Shown here: piece after piece, positions 18,439 to 25,099 of the stretch | Layout of the letters: the number at the start of each line of letters is the position of its first letter | Position numbering within the stretch: position 1 is the first letter of the stretch | IMG/VR virus record: IMGVR_UViG_3300045988_094428 | Span: 1-64,000 of that record | Strand: one strand, 5' to 3' | Length of the DNA stretch: 64,000 nucleotides | From: a virus | The notes under the pieces: generated by a model | Database searches by the model: none | Told to the model about the DNA's origin: nothing | The model's input: only the letters and a program-made list of their open reading frames with translations | Made by a program: the position numbers and the translations under genes

Positions 18439-18524
18439 GTGCGTGTATCCGAATTGGCATAGGAGCTGCTTTGAGATGGCAGTGTCGAAAGACATTGTGG
18501 GTTCAAGTCCCACCATGCACACCA
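18439..18524 (+). tRNA. tRNA-Leu (anticodon GAG), class II with GAAA-capped variable arm, CCA encoded
   Basis: Acceptor GTGCGTG/CATGCAC, anticodon arm CTGCT-TTGAGAT-GGCAG, variable arm TGTC-GAAA-GACA, T arm GTGGG-TTCAAGT-CCCAC. Confidence 0.65.
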
Positions 18525-18527
18525 AAA

Positions 18528-18649
18528 TACAGGATGGTTTCAATGGTAAAACATCGCCAAAATAAGAATGTGTCTATGTAGACATAAGCCGCAATTATTT
18601 TTTCTTAAAAGCCAAGACGAAGATGTTGGTTCGACCCCAACTCCTGTAT
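18528..18649 (+). ncRNA. 122-nt tRNA-like RNA 'A'. Perfect acceptor, D and T arms, but ~50 extra nt (with a TGTCTA-TG-TAGACA hairpin) in place of a normal anticodon arm.
   Basis: Acceptor TACAGGA/TCCTGTA (7/7), D arm GTTT-caatggta-AAAC, T arm GTTGG-TTCGACC-CCAAC. Internal segment cannot be folded into a 5-7-5 anticodon arm by hand. Confidence 0.4.
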
Positions 18650-18656
18650 TTATTAT

Positions 18657-18732
18657 GCGAGATTAACTCAACTGGAAGAGTGCTACCCTTACAAGGTAGA
18701 AGTTACAAGTTCGAGTCTTGTATTTCGCACCA
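18657..18732 (+). tRNA. tRNA-Val (anticodon TAC), CCA encoded
   Basis: Acceptor GCGAGAT/ATTTCGC, anticodon arm CTACC-CTTACAA-GGTAG, T arm ACAAG-TTCGAGT-CTTGT. Confidence 0.7.
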
Positions 18733-18818
18733 TACGACAGTTTATAAGCTAAACAAGTCCTGCCGTGGACAAAACAAAAACTTAATTTGCGGTTGAGTGA
18801 CCTTAAACTCACCATTAT

Positions 18819-18935
18819 GGCTGTGTAGCTCAATAGGCTAGAGCGCGTAAAACCTATCTATTTTAGATAGTAACAGCTACACATTTTTCCATTATAAGGA
18901 CGAGGTTTATGGTTCGAGTCCATACGCAGCCACCA
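18819..18935 (+). ncRNA. 117-nt tRNA-like RNA 'B'. Same architecture as A, with a ~50-nt insert containing a CTATCTA-tttt-AGATAG hairpin.
   Basis: Acceptor GGCTGTG/CGCAGCC, D arm GCTC-aataggcta-GAGC, T arm TATGG-TTCGAGT-CCATA, CCA encoded. Confidence 0.4.
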
Positions 18936-19327
18936 AAAATCTAAAAAAGAAGGGAAATGAATCCGATGCAGTAGATTGATAATAATAATCCTATGGTTTT
19001 CTTTCAAATGTTGGGTGAAGTTGCCGGTGATAACATCATGAGCAAGATTTCCCGACTAAAGATTAGTGAAGAAAATGGAATTGTTACTTTATATCTAAGA
19101 GATGAACGTGAACCGTTTAACGATAGTGAACTTAGACAGCTAAGATACATCTTAGAAAGATGGTATGATATAATTTCTTTTAGGCGTGAAGATAGGCTTA
19201 CTATGTTAGATATGAAGGTAAGAAAATAACCCTCCTTTATTTTTATATATAAAAAGACACATCCAGCAAACTTTTATTAAATTTTGAGTAGCCTTATGAT
19301 TCAATTTTTAATGTGTCTTTTAGATTT

Positions 19328-19415
19328 GCCAGTGTAGTTCAGTTGGTAGAACGCGGGTTTTGTAATCCCGATGCCGAAAGGGTTCTCGCAGGTTCGAGTC
19401 CTGTCACTGGCTCCA
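19328..19415 (+). tRNA. Class II (long variable arm) tRNA with atypical anticodon region CGGGT-TTTGTAA-TCCCG (anticodon TGT by canonical numbering; contains GTA)
   Basis: Acceptor GCCAGTG/CACTGGC perfect, D arm GTTC/GAAC, 17-nt variable arm, T arm GCAGG-TTCGAGT-CCTGT, CCA. Anticodon stem has a U-U at its base, so the loop is effectively 9 nt. Confidence 0.45.
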
Positions 19416-19416
19416 T

Positions 19417-19492
19417 GCCACTTTAATTCAGTAGATAGAATGATGCGTTCGTATCGCATACGTCGTAGGTTTGATTCCTACAGGTGGCTCCA
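19417..19492 (+). tRNA. tRNA-Thr (anticodon CGT), CCA encoded
   Basis: Acceptor GCCACTT/AGGTGGC, D arm ATTC/GAAT, anticodon arm ATGCG-TTCGTAT-CGCAT, T arm GTAGG-TTTGATT-CCTAC. Confidence 0.7.
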
Positions 19493-19630
19493 ATCGCACC
19501 TATGCTGTGGTAGAATAGGTATAGGCAAGTATTTTAACTACCGTGTCCATAGAGTTAATGGACTTGGGAGGTACTGACAAGACAGAAGAGCAAGTACCAT
19601 GCACGTGGGCGGGTATTCGTGCTTTCATTT

Positions 19631-19718
19631 GCGCTCGTAGCTAAGTTGGTATAGCACCGGACTTTTAATCCGGGGTGGATTATTCCTATCGTGGGTTCAA
19701 GTCCCACCGGGCGCACCA
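19631..19718 (+). tRNA. Class II-architecture tRNA with anticodon TTT (Lys-reading anticodon on a long-variable-arm scaffold), CCA encoded
   Basis: Acceptor GCGCTCG/CGGGCGC, D arm GCTA/TAGC, anticodon arm CCGGA-CTTTTAA-TCCGG (perfect), 17-nt variable arm with GGA/TCC stem, T arm GTGGG-TTCAAGT-CCCAC. Confidence 0.5.
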
Positions 19719-19866
19719 CGCGGTAAGTAGTTTTCGAGTTGCGACTATTGTAGCTGGTATTCGTAAAAAATATAGTAAATGCGTGATATGACAGTATGCC
19801 GCGTTTGTGTCAAGGAACAAGCACATTGCGGATAAACCGATGACTGCTGGAAAGACAGCGTTTTAT

Positions 19867-19943
19867 GTTTCCATAGCTCAGTTGGTTAGAGCGCAATCCT
19901 GATAAGATTGAGGTCGAATGTTCAATTCATTCTGGAAACACCA
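19867..19943 (+). tRNA. tRNA-Ile (anticodon GAT), CCA encoded
   Basis: Acceptor GTTTCCA/TGGAAAC, D arm GCTC/GAGC, anticodon arm CAATC-CTGATAA-GATTG, T arm GAATG-TTCAATT-CATTC. Confidence 0.75.
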
Positions 19944-19955
19944 CTTATTTATTAT

Positions 19956-20046
19956 GTGGTAGTACCCAAGAGGTTGAAGGGGCTTGCTTGGAAAGCAAGT
20001 AGGCGGCGTAAGCCGTGCAGGGGTTCAAATCCCTTCTACCACGCCA
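19956..20046 (+). tRNA. tRNA-Ser (anticodon GGA), class II, CCA encoded
   Basis: Acceptor GTGGTAG/CTACCAC, anticodon arm CTTGC-TTGGAAA-GCAAG, 19-nt variable arm GGCGGC-gtaa-GCCG, T arm AGGGG-TTCAAAT-CCCTT. Confidence 0.7.
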
Positions 20047-20173
20047 CGACCGTAAAGATGAACAAAATGGAGCATACGGTGTTACAAAACCGTCTCGGAG
20101 TGATTGTATCACAAGGGGATTTAACGGAATATATGCTCGATGCGTGGTTCGCAAAACCTAAATTGCAAATATG

Positions 20174-20247
20174 CGTCATGTGCCAGACGGCTAGGCGAGA
20201 GACTGCAAATCTCTTTTAGATTGGTTCGACTCCAATATGACGCTCCA
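20174..20247 (+). tRNA. tRNA-Cys (anticodon GCA), CCA encoded
   Basis: Acceptor GCGTCAT/ATGACGC perfect, anticodon arm AGAGA-CTGCAAA-TCTCT, T arm ATTGG-TTCGACT-CCAAT. Confidence 0.7.
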
Positions 20248-20249
20248 GT

Positions 20250-20540
20250 AAATGAGAATCAAAGCGGACTGGTAAAGGGATGCCTTTAGGAGCAGACCGA
20301 ACTGTTGTAATAGAGGTACACTATTACACTTTGCGGTGCTCTGATTAGTGGTTTTGATGCCAACAATGGTGTTCGCGCCACCCCATCATTTATCCTCAAG
20401 CTGGCTTGAGAAACGATACTCGGAAGGGTATCACGCCCCACCGTGGGAGAAAGCGGCAGTCCGGGTCGGGACTAGAGAATACGACCACGCGATATTTGGT
20501 GGATGGGAACGAGTGAGTACGATTCGTTCCCAATTTTTAT
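20250..20540 (+). ncRNA. Candidate structured non-coding RNA (~290 nt) ending in an intrinsic terminator
   Basis: Dense local hairpins (GTAATAG/CTATTAC, CAAGC/GCTTG, CCCAC/GTGGG, CCGGG/CCCGG), no credible ORF. Terminator GGGAACGA-...-TCGTTCCC + AATTTTTATT at 20505-20540. Confidence 0.3.
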
Positions 20541-20564
20541 TATTTATGAATAGGAGATGGTTGC

Positions 20565-21095
20565 ATGAAGAAACTGCTAGGAGCTATCATTGCTTTGCTT
20601 ACAACATTTGTGATAATTTGCGCTGTGGCAGTTCCGTCAAAAGCGGCAGATTTTAGTGACAAGTTTGAATTATATGAATCGTGGAATAACAATCTAAAAG
20701 TATATACAAGAGAAGTGAGTGAGGAACTTGATGTTCCGTATTCTGCGTTAGTTGCTATTATCTATCACGAGTCAAGATTTAAGAACGATGTTGGCACAAG
20801 CTATATTGGCCTAATGCAAGTTGGATGTACGTCAGATATTTTGAATTTTCTTTCAAATAATGGACTAAAAACATCTAAGAAAGGTTTGTATAACCCAGAG
20901 ACAAACATTAGAGCTGGTGCATTGATTCTTAGATACGCAATGGATAAAGCCACAAATATGGAAGATGCGTTCTATATTTATACTTGCGGCGAGGGTGCTG
21001 TAAAAAAGCGAAAGGCGAACGGTCAGAAGAAAAATAAAGCTACTATTGAAATTACAGAGCTTTATTACGAATATTCTGAATACTTTGCTGAATAG
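20565..21095 (+). CDS. Lytic transglycosylase (SLT domain) with signal peptide. The TAG at 21093-21095 is followed by 60 stop-free, protein-like codons to TGA 21276-21278, so a read-through product 20565-21278 is possible.
   Basis: IIYHESRFKNDVGTSYIGLMQV (catalytic E-S, GLMQ motif); N-terminal hydrophobic leader. Extension GKSDYRQFLLDELNGVQSELDETNGLLQ... is coiled-coil-like. Confidence 0.55.
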   Translation: MKKLLGAIIALLTTFVIICAVAVPSKAADFSDKFELYESWNNNLKVYTREVSEELDVPYSALVAIIYHESRFKNDVGTSYIGLMQVGCTSDILNFLSNNGLKTSKKGLYNPETNIRAGALILRYAMDKATNMEDAFYIYTCGEGAVKKRKANGQKKNKATIEITELYYEYSEYFAE

Positions 21096-21293
21096 GGTAA
21101 ATCTGATTATCGACAGTTCCTATTAGATGAACTAAATGGGGTTCAGTCAGAACTCGACGAGACGAACGGTTTGCTTCAGTCTTGTGAAGTGTATCAGTCC
21201 GACTATTACAACCAGCAGTTGTTGTTTATAGAGCAAAAGATAGACTTCATAAATTCTGAATTAAAAAATTTAGAATGACCTCTTGACTTCTTG

Positions 21294-21347
21294 AATCCGG
21301 GATGGTATACTACTACTAGGTAGTAATCATCCCGGATTTTTCTTTAA
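21294..21347 (+). terminator. Hairpin terminator overlapping a promoter-like TTGACT/TATACT pair
   Basis: ATCCGGGATG...CATCCCGGAT followed by TTTTTC. Confidence 0.5.
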
Positions 21348-21365
21348 GAAATTTTCCAAAACCCC

Positions 21366-21394
21366 TTGACTTTGGCCGGTTTCTATGCTATAAT
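21366..21394 (+). promoter_or_regulatory. sigma70-like promoter
   Basis: ccaaaaccccTTGACTttggccggtttctaTGcTATAAT. Confidence 0.6.
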
Positions 21395-21816
21395 ATAGAC
21401 AGTCGAAAGGCAATAAAACAAAAACAAAAGAACTAAAGGAGAAAAAATTATGAAGCTGAAGGTTTATGAGAATCACAATCGCGTTATCGCTCTGGGTCAC
21501 GAGTTTGGCAAGCGTATCAAGGTGATGGCCGTGTGTCACGCAGAGGATACCTTTGACGCGGACTTCGGTAAGAAGCTGGCAGAGTTCAAGTACAAGATTG
21601 CCAAGAAGGATGCTAAGATTGCAGAGCACAAGCGTTACATTAAGGCACTGAAGGCCGCCATTGCCGAATGTGAGCATGAGATTGCGGCACAGGAGGCCGC
21701 AATCGTTCTCGTGACCGAGAACCGCGATAAGGTTGTTGCAGATAAGGACGCATTTATTGCGACCAAGTATGTACACAACGAGGGGTAATTACCCCTTATA
21801 CATAACAGGTGTTTAG

Positions 21817-22506
21817 ATGAGATATTTAGGTGGCAAGAGCAGAATCGCAAAAGATATTTCTGATTATATCAATTCAGTGATAGGAAATCGTGATTTTATC
21901 CGGTAACTGCCTTCCGGCCTGAACATCTCGCCACATGGCGATTAGATATGGATGCGCGTCATTAAGAATTTTGCGATTCGCATTGACACGCGACTCAATA
22001 GAACAGCTCCCGCAAAACAAAGATATAAAATCACGAAGTCAACATACGATTACGTGAAAGCGCACAAAGATGAAGACCCCGGATTGACTGGATATGTTGG
22101 TTTTGCGTGTAGTTATTCTGGTAAGTGGTTTGGCGGTCTTGCAAGAAATAAGCGCGGCGAAGATTTTTGTGCTGGTGCAAGTCACAGTATTTATCGTGAC
22201 CTAAACGGTTTAAAGAATGCAGAGTTCTTGTGTGGTGATTATCGAGATGTATCAATCCCGAATGGTTCGGTCGTGTATTTAGACCCACCATATAAAGGAA
22301 CTACTGGATATTCTACTGGTGATTTTGACCATGAAGCGTTTTGGGAGTATGTCAGAGAGCTTTCAAAAAGGTGCACTGTCCTTGTAAGCGAAGAGACTGC
22401 TCCTAATGATTTTGCTTGTGTTTGGTCTAAGCAGATTGCAAGACAGGTAGATGTGCGGCAAGGTCGAGTCTACAAAACTGAAAAATTATTTTCAAAAACC
22501 ACTTGA
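21817..22506 (+). pseudogene. Dam-like N6-adenine DNA methyltransferase, disrupted: N-terminal MRYLGGKSRIAKDI... stops at TAA 21904, motif-I region replaced by a short segment with TAA and TAG; C-terminal DPPY core intact
   Basis: Paralogous to the intact MTase at 38648-39403 (MKYMGSKARIAKDI..., FDIPY). VYLDPPYKG present. FxGG motif I cannot be found in any frame between 21904 and 21952. Confidence 0.4.
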
Positions 22507-22530
22507 CAAATTTCAAAAAATTTGATATAA
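22503..22530 (+). promoter_or_regulatory. sigma70-like promoter
   Basis: aaaaaccacTTGACAaatttcaaaaaatttgaTATAAT. Confidence 0.55.
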
Positions 22531-22573
22531 TATAGTTGTTCGATTTATTCTATATACATAAGAGGTAATTTAC

Positions 22574-23581
22574 ATGGCATTTAATTTTAATGTACAAGAA
22601 GCTGTACGTGAGAAGATTGCTGTCAAGATTGCGCTGATGGGGCCTAGTGGATGCGGCAAGAGTTATTCCGCATTGCGTTTGGCAACTGGTATGATTGACG
22701 AAATGCGGAAGCGTGATGTTCTTGAGGGAACTAACGGTAAAATTCTTTTTGCGAATACAGAAGGCCCTCGTGGTCGGTATTATGCCAAGGAGTTTAAGTT
22801 CGATATTGTTGACTTGAATCCCCCTTACAATCCTGAGCTGTTTATCGACCTTATCAACTTTGCTGTTCAGCAGAAGTATTCAATTCTTGTGATTGATAGT
22901 TCGTCCGCTGAATGGGAAGGACGTGGTGGTTGTCTTGATTTGCAACAGCAGTTTGGTGGAAACTATCAGGCATGGGCGAAGGTTACTCCTCGTCATGATA
23001 AGTTCATTGATACCATGGCATATTCGCCCATCCACATTATTAGTACGATGAAGGGTAAAGACCAGTATGAGGTCGATAAGGATGACCGTGGTAAGGTTAC
23101 TGTCAAGAAGCTCGGTGTTGGCGCAAAACAGCGCGAGGGCTTTGAATACTACTTTACTACGACTTTTATGATTGACCGCGATAGTCACATGGCAAAGTGC
23201 GAAAAGGATAATACCCACATTTTTGAAAATGAAGGTATTACTCGATTGGATGAAAGTCATGGTGCTAAGATTATCGACTGGGCAAACGATGGCGCTGACG
23301 ACAATTCCTACGCAAACAATTATAATCCTGTAAAGGCAGATATTTCTACCGGTAATCCTGCGGCAGTCGGCAAAGCATCTGATTCGGAAGTTGCATCCAG
23401 TATTGAATCTATTGCAAGTCTGATTGAAGCCCTCAAGACCAAGGGCGTTGACCGTATGGATATTGCAAAGGCTATTTCTAAGCATCATATCGTAAATGGC
23501 AAGCCTGTTGCAAACTATAATACGATTACAGATGGTGATGTAGCAAAGGCTGTTCTTGCAGAATTGGAGAGTTTAGCATAA
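22574..23581 (+). CDS. RecA-fold P-loop ATPase, Sak4-like recombination/annealing protein
   Basis: Walker A GPSGCGKS near the N-terminus, Walker B-like ILVIDS; located immediately upstream of SSB. Confidence 0.4.
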   Translation: MAFNFNVQEAVREKIAVKIALMGPSGCGKSYSALRLATGMIDEMRKRDVLEGTNGKILFANTEGPRGRYYAKEFKFDIVDLNPPYNPELFIDLINFAVQQKYSILVIDSSSAEWEGRGGCLDLQQQFGGNYQAWAKVTPRHDKFIDTMAYSPIHIISTMKGKDQYEVDKDDRGKVTVKKLGVGAKQREGFEYYFTTTFMIDRDSHMAKCEKDNTHIFENEGITRLDESHGAKIIDWANDGADDNSYANNYNPVKADISTGNPAAVGKASDSEVASSIESIASLIEALKTKGVDRMDIAKAISKHHIVNGKPVANYNTITDGDVAKAVLAELESLA

Positions 23582-23807
23582 TGAAAAGTGCTTATCTTTC
23601 CGGTAGACAGATTGCAAAGATTATTTTGATGGAGGCCGTAAATGGCAACATCAAGTATAGTCGTTATATCTATAGACTTAGCTCTTCTGCTGACGCAACA
23701 CAGAAAGCTATGGAGGAACTTGCAACGCACAAGTTTACCAATGCTGGTCAGTTGAAGAAATATCTTGAAACGTATGTTATTTTCTAATCTAAAGGAGAAT
23801 TTGAAAT

Positions 23808-24224
23808 ATGCTGAATCATGTTGTTATTATGGGTCGTATGGTTCGTGACCCGGAACTGCGTCAGCTTGATAACGGCACTAGCGTGACTAGCTTTAGTGTC
23901 GCAGTTGAACGCAATTATGTTGACAAGACCACCAATGAGCGTCAGGCAGATTTCCTGAATGTCGTTGCTTGGCGGCAGACCGCAGATTTTGTCTGCAAGT
24001 ATTTCCATCAGGGCGATATGATTGCCCTTGAAGGTTCTTTGCAGTCTCGGAAGTACACCGATAAGGACGGTAATAACCGTATCGCAATCGAGATTGTTGC
24101 AAGCAACATTTCTTTCTGCGGCGGTAAGAATGGCGGCAATGCAAATACCGCAACTACCAATGATGCTCCGGCAACTATGGTAGCAAATGCACCATCTGAG
24201 GACAATGACGAACTGCCATTCTAA
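23808..24224 (+). CDS. ssb: Single-stranded DNA-binding protein
   Basis: OB-fold SSB consensus (MLNHVVIMGRMVRDPELRQ..., NVVAWRQTA...) and acidic tail DNDELPF. Confidence 0.8.
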   Translation: MLNHVVIMGRMVRDPELRQLDNGTSVTSFSVAVERNYVDKTTNERQADFLNVVAWRQTADFVCKYFHQGDMIALEGSLQSRKYTDKDGNNRIAIEIVASNISFCGGKNGGNANTATTNDAPATMVANAPSEDNDELPF

Positions 24225-24242
24225 TAACTAAAGTATGATTTA

Positions 24243-24276
24243 TGGGGCGAGCGGTTGCGCTCCGCCCCATTTTTTA
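24243..24276 (+). terminator. Rho-independent terminator
   Basis: GGGGCGAGCG-gttg-CGCTCCGCCCC followed by ATTTTTTATT. Confidence 0.8.
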
Positions 24277-24395
24277 TTATAGGGATGATTGACATGGATA
24301 TGAATAAGAATGTGTAGGTAAATACCTACTCTTTTTCAAAACTAAAAAGTTTCTTTAATTGTAAATATTACTATTATCTTCATTATTTTGATGAT

Positions 24396-25085
24396 ATGAA
24401 GATGATTCCAGAGTCACACGGTACAAGCGAATTTGGGTCATATATGCACAAGATATTGGAGATGTATGGAAAAGGTGAACTTGATATATATGATATGCTT
24501 TCGTATTATGAGAAGCATTATGCAGAGAATGTAACATCTACTTTCACTTTGCAGATGGAAAAGAACTTTTCAAGGGATATGGGGTATAAATATTACAAGG
24601 ACGGCTATGATTTTCTAAGTAATTTTACAGGTTTTGATTTTAAGATTTTAGAAACTGAAAAACATTTTGAACTACCTTTCAAAGACAAATTTAGATTGCA
24701 AGGTCAAATAGACGTTATTGCAGAAAACGATGATGGCCTACTGATTATTGATTATAAATCTAAAGGAAATTGGAAGAGCAAAGCGGAACGCATCGAATAC
24801 GAGAAGCAGTTATATTCCTATGCTTGGGCAATGAAACAAATGTATGGCGAATATCCGAAAAAGATGGCGTTCTTTATGTTTAGATTAAATAAATGGACAT
24901 GGGTTGATTTCGACGAGAATAGGCTAAACGAAGTCTTAAACTGGATAGAATCAACCGTTAATGAGATAGAGGGCGAATTTGAGTTCAAACCTATCACTCA
25001 AGAGAACAATGGAAAGTTCGACTTCTATTGTAACAATTTCTGTGATTTTCGTCATCAATGTCCTTACGGACAATTAACTAACTAA
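24396..25085 (+). CDS. PD-(D/E)XK nuclease of the Cas4/RecB family with C-terminal four-cysteine cluster
   Basis: QGQIDVIAENDDGLLIIDYKSKG (D...D/ExK core) and C-terminal CNNFCDFRHQCPYG. Confidence 0.55.
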   Translation: MKMIPESHGTSEFGSYMHKILEMYGKGELDIYDMLSYYEKHYAENVTSTFTLQMEKNFSRDMGYKYYKDGYDFLSNFTGFDFKILETEKHFELPFKDKFRLQGQIDVIAENDDGLLIIDYKSKGNWKSKAERIEYEKQLYSYAWAMKQMYGEYPKKMAFFMFRLNKWTWVDFDENRLNEVLNWIESTVNEIEGEFEFKPITQENNGKFDFYCNNFCDFRHQCPYGQLTN

Positions 25086-25099
25086 GGAGAAAGATTTGC

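Noticed and set aside
16899-20247. A tRNA with CUA anticodon (amber suppressor) in the array
   Set aside because: I checked every anticodon loop I could fold: TCT, CTC, ACG, GAG, TAC, TGT-type, CGT, TTT, GAT, GGA, GCA. None is CTA. The four unresolved tRNA-like elements do not present CTA in a 7-nt loop. The suppressor, if any, is either outside the window or in an element I could not fold.
19371-20656. ORFs 19371-19577, 19908-20219 and 20348-20656
   Set aside because: They overlap tRNA genes (Thr, Ile, Ser) or the hairpin-dense ncRNA region. Their translations are low-complexity with no start-site support.
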